From positions 61,566,001-61,630,000 of the forward strand of contig OZ024741.1 in the NCBI GenBank assembly GCA_964016885.1: 64,000 bases of DNA, in the 5' to 3' direction. Of this stretch, positions 53,058 through 64,000 are shown in pieces. Under the pieces are notes generated by a model. The model saw nothing but the letters and a program-made list of their open reading frames with translations, was not told the origin of the DNA and did not search any database. Position numbers and translations under genes: made by a program. The number at the start of each line of letters is the position of its first letter. Position 1 is the first letter of the stretch. The DNA comes from Eledone cirrhosa. Taxonomy: Eukaryota.

Positions 53058-53218
53058 AATTGTTTCTACTTTTGGCACAAGGCCAGCGATTATCCCAGTG
53101 TATTACTGGTATTTTATTTTATCAACCCCGTAAGGATGAGAGGCAAAGTTAACTTCAGTGGGATTTGAACTCAGACCGTAAAGGGCCGTAACTCTTTGCT
53201 GCAAAGCATGGCGTCCGT
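53058..53218 (-). mobile_element. SINE family B, slightly truncated
   Basis: Matches 5034-5221. Confidence 0.85.
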
Positions 53219-53525
53219 GTGTGTGTATATATATATATATTTACTTCTGCGTTCACAGATTGACTTTTTTAGTTTCAGAAGATCCCGTTAAGGGTGGAAG
53301 CAATGATTCTTTGCTTAAACTTAACTTTAATCTGTTATTTTAATATATATATATATATATATCATCAACATTTAACGTCCATTTTTCTATGCTTGCATGG
53401 AACAGATGGGTTATCTTTGCTAGAGACAAGTCTGTCCAGTATTGGCTATACCGTACCTTGCTCTGATGGGACAGTAAATTTGGCCTGAGTTTTTACAGCT
53501 GGATGCCTTTTTTAACACCAACCAC

Positions 53526-55621
53526 ATAGAACTTTAGTCTTAGCCAGATTAATTTTAAGGCCTTTTGATTCTAGGCCGTGCTTCCATGTTTGGAATTTCT
53601 TCTCTAGCTCGGCCATTGATTCAGCTATGAGTGTTAGGTCATCTGCGTATAGGAGTTCCCATGGGCAACCGGTCTTGAACTCCTCTGTTATAGCCTGAAG
53701 GGCAATAATAAATAGTAGGGGGCTGAGAACAGAGCCCTGATGGACGCCAACTTTTACGCTAAACTCTTCACTATATTCGTTGTTAATTCTAACCTTGCTG
53801 ACTGTTTCTTTATACATGGCTTGTATAGCTCTCACAAGCCATTCATCAACACCTAGTTTTCTAAGAGCCCACCAGATAATGGAACGGGGGACTCTGTCGA
53901 AGGCTTTCTCCAAGTCGACAAAAGCTAAGTATAGGGGTTTACTTTTAGCTAGGTACTTCTCCTGTAGTTGTCGTACAATGAAAAGAGCGTCTGTGGTACT
54001 TTTGCCTGACACAAACCCGAACTGCATTTCATCTAGATCAATTCTCTCTCTGATTAGTTGCGCTATTACTTTTTCCGTGACCTTCATGACCAGGTCGATT
54101 AATTTAATGCCTCTATAGTTACTCCTATCTAGGGCATATCCTTTACCCTTATAGCAGTTAACGATGATGCTGCTACGCCAGTCCTTCGGAACAACCCCAT
54201 TCTGTATGACTTGGTTAACTATCCGGGTGACCATGGTGTGTCCCACCGTACCAGATGCCATCAGCATCTCGCGGCAATTATTTACGAAGACTAAAGTTCT
54301 AGTTTGTAAGAAAGAAAATAAGGTGGCGGTCCCTTCCGGGAAGTGGCCATGCTCAGTGTGTAGGAAAGGCATAGGTAGAAACTCCATTTTGTGTCCCAAA
54401 TGCAAAGTATGGGTGCATAAAAGATGTAGTGGGATCACAGGTAAGCTAACTAAGAACATAGATTTTACATGTGGCCGGTGCTCTGGTGCAATAAGTAGCA
54501 GCAAGTGCCCACAAAATACTAGCTCTTTCAACTGCGCAGAGGGTTCTATAGAAATAGTGGACAGCTTCCGTTACCTGGGTGACAAAATCAGCAGTGGGGG
54601 AGGGTGCTCTGAAAGTACAGTAGCTAGAGTCAGAACTGGATGGAAAAAGTTCAGAGAGCTTATACCACTATTAGCCGCTAAAGGGTTCTCCCTAAAAATG
54701 AAAGGCAGGTTGTACGATGCCTGCATACGAACAGCAATGTTGCATGGCAGTGAGACCTGGGCATTGTGTGCAGAGGATATACGCAGACTAGAGAGAAACG
54801 AAGCTTGCATGCTCCGCTGGATGTGTAATAGCAATATATGTGAACGGCAAAGCATAAACGAACTAAGGAAAAACTTAGAAATAAGAGGGATCAGATGTTG
54901 TTTACTCGAGAGAAGGCTACGTTGGTATGGTCACGTGATGCGCATGAAGGACGATAGCTGTATAACAAAGTGCAGGGCAATAAAGATAGACGGTAGCCAC
55001 GGAATAGGCAGACCCAGAAAAACCTGGGACGAGCTGATAAATTCCGACCTCACACACTTACACCTCACCAAGACAATGTCACTGGACCGAGACCTTTGGT
55101 GGTACTCAGTAATAGAGAAGACCCGCCTTACCTAAATACAAAGTAAAACCTACTACAGTCAGTAGGCATCTCTAACAAAATACACCCCCCCCCCCCCACC
55201 CCATCCACACCGCCCCTTTCAATGTAAAGTTATGTTGGTGCCACAACATCCAGGCCAAAACAAATGATCGTGTAGTGTCATGTCAAAAAACACACAGTTC
55301 ACGCTGTAATGTGGCCGTGTAGGCAACACGGTAAAAACCTCCCAGCCCCACACTGTAAATGTGGTTGGTGTTAGGAAGGGCATCCAGCTGTAGAAAACCC
55401 GCCAGACAGTCCACACTGTAATGTGGCCATGTAGGCAACACGGTAAAAACCTCCCAGCCCCACACTGTTATTGTGGTTGGTGTTAGGAAGGGCATCCAGC
55501 TGTAGAAAACCCGCCAGATAGTCCTATGCGAGCAAGATAATCACTCTTGCCTCAAGTGGGAAAACCCCTGTCCAAACCCATGCAAGCGTGGAACACGGAT
55601 GTTAAACGTTGATGATGATGA

Positions 55622-55626
<5 letters not shown>
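53526..55626 (+). mobile_element. RTE (second subfamily) with inverted 5' segment
   Basis: RT core on the minus strand (53526-54277) is joined to the PHD/C-terminal part on the plus strand (54284-55135). 3' UTR has a ~117-bp duplication and a (GAT)n tail. Confidence 0.92.
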
Positions 55627-55666
<40 letters not shown>

Positions 55667-57507
55667 CATAAATAGATACATGTTGCTTTCTGGTTTAAGA
55701 TATTTCATCAGGATGATATTAAAATAGGGAATTGCTGGTATATAACAAATGTAATAAAAATAATTCTAAAAATATTTCATAAGGCCATGTAGGTAACACG
55801 GTAAAAAGTTCCCAGTTCAACACTGTAAATGTGGTTGGTGTTAGGAAGGGCATCCAGCCGTAGAAAACCTGCCAGATAGTCCTATATGAGCGAGACACAG
55901 TCACCCAACCAATCTTGCCTAAAGTGGGACAACTCCCGTCTAACCCATGTTAGCGTGGAAGATGGCCGTTAAATGAAGATGATGATGATGATGATAAGAA
56001 TTTGATTAAGTTATTTTAATTTTCATATAGAACACATAAACTGTCATGAATATCTTTTTAAATAACATATATGCTTACATACATATATATGCATATATAT
56101 GAGTTTATATAATACACACACACACAAATGTGTGTGTGTGTGTGTGAATATGTGGCTGAATATAACATGACAAACTTTCATATGCTCATATATGAGGATA
56201 CATTAGATATAGGTATATGTACATAGACGCTCACTTATGTATATGTGTATATATGTATATACACACACACATACATGCATGCATATATATAAGTATATAT
56301 ATGTATATATACTTATATATACATATACATACATATATATATATACACACTTACAAACACACACACATATGTATATATATTTGGCAATAAACAAATGAGT
56401 GTGTATATATATATATTGCATGAAGCCACATGTCATTTCCAATGATGTCAGGCTTTTAACAATGTGTTTGTTCTAACATAGATAAAATTTCAATAAAAAA
56501 AATATACCAACATTGCAAGTAATTTTATTGATGAGAGTAATTTCCCAGGTAAAATATGTACATAAATGATTACTTTCCACTTCCAACATCCACAAATACA
56601 TAATAAGTTATAGTGGGGTAAAGAAGATAATTGTTTTTCTGTTTAGTTCATTTGTTGGATAGTAGTATGAGTTACAAGATGAAGTTGTCAAAGTAGTTGA
56701 ATGAGTGGGTAGCTTGATGGTTGAGTAATGGCAAGGGAGTTACTGAAGTGTGTCTCCGTGAGTCGAGAGAAGTTTTGCCATGTTTGAGAAAACAAGTAGG
56801 TGTACTTGCTTGTTGTGGTGTGAAATAATATTACCGTTGGGAAAATGATTTTCCCACATTATATGGATGAGAATTAACAAATGAACAAGATACTGTTAGT
56901 TTAAATATTTTTATTCATAACATGATTTACTTCAAAATCATGTGAAGCAATGAACAGCGGAAAAAGTTGGAGTATGTTACATGTGCAAATACTATATAGC
57001 AGCCTGTGTACCAAACGTAGCTGGATCCAAGTCCAGTGAGTGTGAGAGTCTACTTTGCTATGTGGGTAAATGAACTATATGGATCTTGTGCTGAGTGCAA
57101 AAACATTTGGAAATTCTGTAACCATGTAAATGTAAACATATGCATTAAAAATTGATGAGATTTAGGTTGCCCATTAACATTAACATTAAAACATATGACC
57201 TTTTCAACTGTCCTCTTTTTGGTCACCCAGGCACCTGTAGCTTCCCACAATAAAAGATTATCTAGGCTTTTGGCTCTGAGGTCACAGGTCAGTCTGTTGG
57301 TGATCGTGTTGCAAGCTATAAAATCTATCATAGAAAAATATGTTCAGATTTTGCTACATATATATTCACACTCTCACACACTCACACATTTGCAAACTGG
57401 TGTTTGCCTTCCTAGGTGCTTGAAGTTTCCTGAAGGAAACTGATGTTACTTTGTACATTAGTGATTGGAAAGGTATATACCAATTTGTCATGTATGATAT
57501 TTTATAT

Positions 57508-57698
57508 AATTGTTTCTACTTTTAGCACAAGGCCAGCAATTATCCCAGTGCATTACTGGTTCTTTATTTTATCGAGCCCGTAAGGATGAAAGGCAAAGTT
57601 AACCTCGGCAGGATTTGAACTCAGGCTATAAAGGGCCATAACTCTATCTTGCAAAAACTGGTGTCCGACTCTCTACCAATACTGCCAATCCACCGCCC
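57508..57698 (-). mobile_element. SINE family B with 12-bp TSD
   Basis: tgatattttata at 57495 and 57699. Confidence 0.85.
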
Positions 57699-57719
57699 TG
57701 ATATTTTATAATATAGTAT

Positions 57720-58045
57720 GGAGGCACATGGCTTAGTGGTTAGAGCATTAGCCTTGCAATCGAAAGGTTGTGAGTTCAATTCTCAGACCGGATGATGTGT
57801 TGTTTTCTTGAGCAAGACACTTTATTTCACATTGCTCCAGTTTACTCAGCTGTAGAAATGAGATGATAGGGACTGGGGTCCCTATCATTCCACTGCAAAG
57901 TGGTCGTGCCACGGCAAAAAAGAACCCACCAAATAAATGAGGATGATGTTAGGAAGGGCATCCAGCTGTAGAAATCAAGCCAGAATCAGTTCCCGTCCCA
58001 CCCTTGCAAGCAGGGAAAAGTGGACATAAAAATGATGATGATGAT
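57720..58045 (+). mobile_element. SINE family A, full length
   Basis: Near-identical to 13749-14083. Confidence 0.92.
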
Positions 58046-58304
58046 AGTATATTTACTTCTGTTTGTATACTGAGGGCTCTTTCTTTAGTGATTGTGACTC
58101 CACATTCAGGCAATAATATATATATACTCATACACATATGTTTATTGATGGCTTACCTGCTGGGAAGGTACCAGGCTGTGGCTGTGGCATCATCCCACCA
58201 CAGGTCATCAGGTATGAAAATTGAGCTCTACTTAGCCACTTGTTCAAACTACTGTGTCAGTGCTGGTAGGAGGGAACAGTCTCATAAGACATGAGAGACA
58301 TCAA

Positions 58305-59820
58305 GAATGTTACCCTCTATAAGATCAAAGGGGACAGAAGTGACTGCAATAGCTATTGAGGCACCTTCCTACAAAACATCATTGGGAAAGCCTTTGCCTG
58401 CAGGGTCTTGAACAGAACAGAAAATTGCTGAGAGTCTATACGTTGAATCTTAGTGTGGTTTCAGGTCAGAGCACTCCGCCATTGACATGATCATCTCCCT
58501 TTGAGAGCTACAGGTGAGATGCCGAGAGCAAAGGCAAACACTATACATCGCCTTCATTGACCTCACGGAGGTATTCAACCTAGTTAGTAGAGATGGCCTG
58601 TTCACAATCCTTGCCAAGACTGGTTGTCCTCAAAGACTTTTCAGGATAGTCCAATAATTTCATGCAGATATTAACGGTATTGTTCAATTTGGTGGCTCTT
58701 TGGAGGCATTTAACATCTGCAGCAGTGTGAAGCAGGGCCATGTGTCTTCTCCCACCGTTTGGAATATTTTTCACAGTCATGCTTAAACTCACATTTGGAA
58801 TGTCATTTGATGGTGTCTACCTCCATACCAGATCAGACAAGAAGTGGTTTAGTCTATCAAGGCTGAAAGCAAAATCCAGGGTTAGTCAGGTACTTATCAG
58901 AAAAATATTGTTTGCCGACAATGCAGCATTGGCAGGACACTCTGAAGAGCCATTGCAGTACCTAATAGACAAACTCTAGGAATGCAGCCTGACCATTAGT
59001 CTGAAGAAAACCAATGTACTGGGCCAATGTGTCAAGCACCCCTCCCTACCATCACCATCAACAACCTCAAGTGGGAGGTAGTCAAAGAATTCATCTATTT
59101 GGGCTCTACCATCACTGACAAGCTCTTCTTGGATCCCAAGATCAGCAAGCAGGTTGGACAAACAACCTCCACATTTGCCAGGCTAACGATGAGAGTCTGG
59201 GAGGAAGGAAAACTGACTTTGAACACCAAGATTGCTGTCTATAAGGCATGCATCCTCAGCATACTATTTTATGGCAGCAAGACATGGAGCCTCTACTCCA
59301 GGCAACATCTTCCTCTTTCATAGCCTGAGACACATTTTCGACATCAAGTCCACCGACTGAGTCATCAACAATTAAGTCCTCAATCACATAAAGATACCCA
59401 CATATTCATCCTGCTCTGGCTAGGTCATGTACATCATATGCTAGATGGGAGGATCCCAAAAGACCTACTGTATGGGGAACTGGCCACCAGCACAAGAGCA
59501 TGAAAATGACCATACCTTCATTTCAAATACGTCTGCAAGAAAGATATAATGTCAATAGATCTGGACATCCAGAGACAGGAAGAGATCACTAATGCTTGCC
59601 TACGCTGGAGATGAGTATGGAAAAGAAACTGAAACTTCCCACTAAAGAAAAGCACCCTCAATGAAATAACAAGATAGTAGCACCAAAGGAGAGCATCTTC
59701 AAATGCAGTTGATACATACAAGAATGCCACTCTTGTGTGGGCCTATGCAGCCACAGCAGATGTGGCACCATTATCAGCAGCTGACACAAAATTCTCCAGG
59801 TGCAGATCCATGGTCTTTCG
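58305..59820 (+). pseudogene. Old RTE (BovB-like) RT and C-terminal region
   Basis: Decayed KGDRSDCN, LYIAFIDL, VKQG, LFADNAAL, FIYLGS, ILFYGSKTW, RIPKDLLYGEL motifs; many stops. Confidence 0.85.
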
Positions 59821-59839
59821 AAACCAACAGATACCTTAA

Positions 59840-60060
59840 CTCTTTAGCATTTAAACCAGCCATATCCAGCCAGAGTTCTCTCACCTCTTTCTGTTCAAAC
59901 TGGCTATAAGCAACCGCTCATACTGATATTAAGGTATTGTTCTCAAAATAAATAACATCAAAATCTCATAGATTCGATATTATGTGAGATAATTATATAA
60001 GATAAAGCCTTTACCACAAAAATACAATAGTAAATATAGAGTAATTTAAATGCTAAAGGG
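59840..60060. mobile_element. piggyBac-type MITE
   Basis: TTAA followed by ctctttagcatttaaa ... tttaaatgctaaaggg inverted ends. Confidence 0.65.
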
Positions 60061-60066
60061 TATATA

Positions 60067-60603
60067 TCATCATCGTTTTATGTCCGTTCTTCCATGCTAG
60101 CATCGGTTAGACGGGTTGTCCTGTTGTGGGCAGTGACCAGTCAGCTGACCTTGTCTTGCTCATACAGGAACTGATTCTGGCTTGATTTCTACAGTTGGAT
60201 GCCCTTCCTAACACCAGCCTCATTTACAGCAAGTGCTGGGTGCTTTTTTTCCGTGGCGCCTACACGTCCACTTTACAGTGTGGGCTGGATGCTTTTTTGC
60301 CATAGCACCTCCATGACCACTTTGCAGTGGGAGATGTGGGGGCATATTGTCTATATGCTTCAGCTTCGGCTTGTTCCTGTGGGGGGGTCGGGTCTGCTGT
60401 ATTACTGTGGGACGCCAGAGGTCACGGTCGTGTGTCATTGCTCTTGAGAGGTGCAATTGGGTAAGGTCGGCCTTTATCACCTCATGCCAGGTCTTCTTGG
60501 GTCTCCCCACTCCGCGGCTTCCATCAACTTCTAGTGTTCTGCACCATTTTATGCAGCTGTCATCACATGTCCATACCAACGTAACTTCCTCTCCTGCACA
60601 CAG
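60067..60603 (-). mobile_element. 5'-truncated copy of the intact RTE family
   Basis: Matches 23308-23858, including the 3' UTR; TA-flanked. Confidence 0.92.
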
Positions 60604-63600
60604 TATTTGATATATATATATATATACACACAAATACAAATGCACACACATATATGTATATATATATATATATATACATAGATGACAATGAAGACAATGA
60701 GAAAAATAGATATTCTGACAGCAAGATGAACAGAATTCAGTGACAAGTAGATAAGGAACCTCCTATTATCAGCTACCATCTTTGAGTATCATTGGAGTTT
60801 TGGCAAGCATTGTAATTTCATTCATTTAATCATTTGACATTTGTTTTACATGCACACACACACACACACAGACAAGTTATAGAATAAAGCAAAGCCAATT
60901 TAGAGGTGGTTGGATATGAAATCATCAAATAGATTGAGAGCAAAACAAACAAAAATAAGAGAAAAAAAAGGGAAACCAATGCAATCCAGATAAACAATAA
61001 CAACAAAATTAGAAAAAATACAAAATAAACAATAATAATAATAAAACAGCAAGATAGGAAGATTTATGAGTATGGGTGGGCGGTGTGTAGGAATTATTAT
61101 TATTATAAATATTATTATTATTATCACCACCACCACCATCATCATCATCATTTATTATTATCACCACCACCACCACCATCATTATTATTATTATCGTTAT
61201 CAATATTATTATTGTTATCATTATTAATCTTCCCTCTCAGGAAGCCAAACTCCATTTTTGATTAGACATACTTTGGCTAAAATCATTATGTTAGGATCAT
61301 CATTATCGTTTAGCGTCCATTTTCCTTGCTAACAGGGGGAAAAAAACAAGAAAATATATGGTAAAATAGAAAAAGAAAGATGTGATGATTATTTTGTTCT
61401 CGTTTTGAATGGATTCTTTGATTTGGTTGTTTTTGTTGTCATTTCCTCAGCAATTATTACTATTACTGTTATATATTTGACTAAACTGATTCCCATGTTT
61501 TAGTCTGTAATGAGACGCAATGGTTACAACAAGTCAATTAATTAACTGTTGAAGATTTTTTCTCAATAGCTGGAACTAAGCCAAGCAAGGCCAGGCTAAA
61601 GTTATTATCGGAAATTATTTTTTGAATTGATATTGATTTTTATTTGCTTTATCCTTTTTGCTGACCAATAATGAACAGTTAATTAATGTACCTGTTCGAG
61701 CCATTGTATCTCACTACATACCAAAATATGAACAGTTTAGTAAAAAATATACCCTACCTTCTCATGTATAAAACATGAAATTTCGAACTGAAACTAAGGA
61801 TCAAAGTGGGGAAGAATCATCTTATATGCAAGTGCATATTTTCAGAAATTTTTACTAAGCATAGAAATATTCATTTTAAATGGCAAGATTGCAAATTCCT
61901 GTTGAAAACATTGTAGTGTTACATTCTTTAATGTCATGATAAACTGAATACTGTAGTGAAATATGTATGAGATCGATATTTTGATGGTTAACATGGTACA
62001 CTAAAAAAATTTACATAAACATGTCTGTATTCAGGCATTGTATATTAAATAACACAATTTATTTGTTTGTTTTTTAAGCTTCAGAAACAGGAGTCATATA
62101 ATACTCATACACAAAGAAATATGGTACAATTTCCTCTTTATATCTTTTATCAACTCACAACAATCTCAAAGTTCACCCTATCTAATCCTCCTGCAAACTG
62201 ATATAGATAATAGGTGAGATTATGAAGCACTGAACCATAAATATATTACAGTATTTAATTTTATATCTTCACTGTTCAGAATTGAAAAATCAAAAAATAA
62301 TCTCAGAGGAGAGAAAAATTTAAATTTGGTTCTCTCTTGTGTTGATTAAATAAATATAAATAACATATAGTAGTTGATTGAATCAATTCCACTGCTCTAC
62401 TCTGATTATTGGCACTGTGCCTCCTTGATAACAAATCAATAGCACTGAGTCTCCAGAGGGTGATGTAAATATTTTAAATTTATTAAACATCTGAATAATT
62501 GTCAATCAATTTGAGTTTAAAATACAAAACACTACTTTAAATACAAAAAAAGATAAAGAAGAAAATGATTAATACACCCATACACACACGTTTGTTTGCT
62601 CATATATATATGTGTGTATGTATGAGTGTGTGTACGTGTACATAGCAGGGAAAGTGGACATTAAATGATAATTCTGGTGATGATGTGATATATAAATTTT
62701 TTTACGCTCTTTCCTACGTTCTTGTACACACTATATATATATATATATATATTGGAATTTTTTAGTTCAAAAATAAGTCCAAGACTAGATGAGTACTCAA
62801 TACAAATAAATTTTGTATATATATATATATGAATGTATGTGTGTGTTGTGTGTGTCTGTGTGGGAAGGGGCATTTACATTATATATATACTGTGACATGA
62901 TAACAATGAAATCCATGAAGGGAGAAAAATATGTAAGTTCATACAATATAATTGTAGTTCCCACTCTTTAAGTTCACATCCTGTTAAGGTCAACTTTGCC
63001 TTTTGTCCTTCTATTACTGGGGTTGATTTAATTGTATGTTCATCCCTCCTATTCATTTATTGGTAGGTACATTAAATCAAATACCTTACAGTATTTGTTC
63101 ATGAGACTATAGATCTGCCCCTCCAGGATCTGCCCCTCATGAGATCCCAGATGATTCTCCTCAGGGCCTTTGTATGTCACTTGAGAAAATGGATCTACAA
63201 CTTTATGAAAACTTTCCAAATTCTCGATTATTTTCAAAATTTATTTAAACAGATTCATTGTATTTCATGGTCACAAAAACGTTAAAAGCTATCTTTATAT
63301 GCATTGTCCCAGTTTGGTTCGAATAAGATGGAGAGAAGACATTTTAATTAAGTTATGGGTTATTTCATCAGCTAAAATATCAGAAAAAGAAGTAATGACA
63401 GCACTCCTTACATAAGTACCTTACTATATTTTAGTTAATTAAAAACTTTATACTACTACAGAACCACAAATGTATTATTGAATATACTTATAGTAGAAAC
63501 AATGCCAAAAAAGATTGAGAGGACCCAACTGTCATGATATGCAACCCTCTCTATTGCTGGTACCACATAAAATGCATTCAGTGTACCCTGTAGGAAGGGC

Positions 63601-63789
63601 ATCCAGCTGCCAAAACCTCGACAAAAAAATGTTGAGAAGCCTCTTCAATAGTGTCAAGGGCTTTACAACCTCTCTGCTTAAGTTGATATAATTGACTATT
63701 CCTTCATCACAAAATATGATTGTACCAACATAAGAAATCTTTATTATTTTTTCTTTATTAATGTTTTATGGTGATTTAGTTACAGCACT

Positions 63790-63920
63790 TTACATTCTGA
63801 GTTCAAATCTTACAGAGGTAAACTTGGCTTTTCATCTTTCCTGGGTCAATAAAATAAGGTACTAGGTTGATGTAATTGACTTACTCCTCTTTCCAAATTG
63901 CTGGCCTTGTGTACAAATTA
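63790..63920 (+). mobile_element. Older SINE family B copy
   Basis: ttctgagttcaaatc...cttttcatctttcctgggtcaataaaataaggtac...ttgctggccttgtg. Confidence 0.65.
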
Positions 63921-64000
63921 GTGATCATTAGAGGTTAGTTGATTGGCAGAACTGTTAGTTTATCAGGTGAAATATATTGCAGCATTTCTTTACTGCTCTC

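Noticed and set aside
53512-55135. ORFs 53512-54531(-) and 54164-55135(+) as novel fusion proteins
   Set aside because: Their N-termini are antisense read-through across the inversion junction.
63085-63371. Possible minus-strand exon with good AG/GT sites
   Set aside because: No continuous reading frame was found and no protein is recognisable; it would need RNA-seq support.

Overview
This is AT-rich, microsatellite-laden eukaryotic DNA with no supportable host protein-coding gene. The repeat families suggest an octopus or other coleoid cephalopod (inference). The window contains one intact-looking RTE-clade LINE (ORF 20437-23556: APE endonuclease, RT, and a C4HC3 PHD-type finger inserted inside the RT) and many RTE fragments, one with an internal inversion. 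It also holds a disabled Penelope-like element (PLE; RT + GIY-YIG) with a ~690-bp inverted copy of its own 3' end, a CRE-like restriction-endonuclease retroelement remnant, a non-autonomous Helitron, MITEs and at least three tRNA-headed SINE families. The most striking pattern is a series of about nine long fold-back elements (125-2500 bp) of unrelated sequence, mostly next to (TA)n tracts. Several carry a minimal type-I hammerhead ribozyme motif, intact or decayed, pointing outward near the arm ends. This is the same architecture as the coding PLE, suggesting a recurrent PLE-driven hairpin-forming mechanism. Most short ORFs in the track are microsatellite or antisense artefacts. All alignments were done by eye, so coordinates of degenerate copies are approximate.
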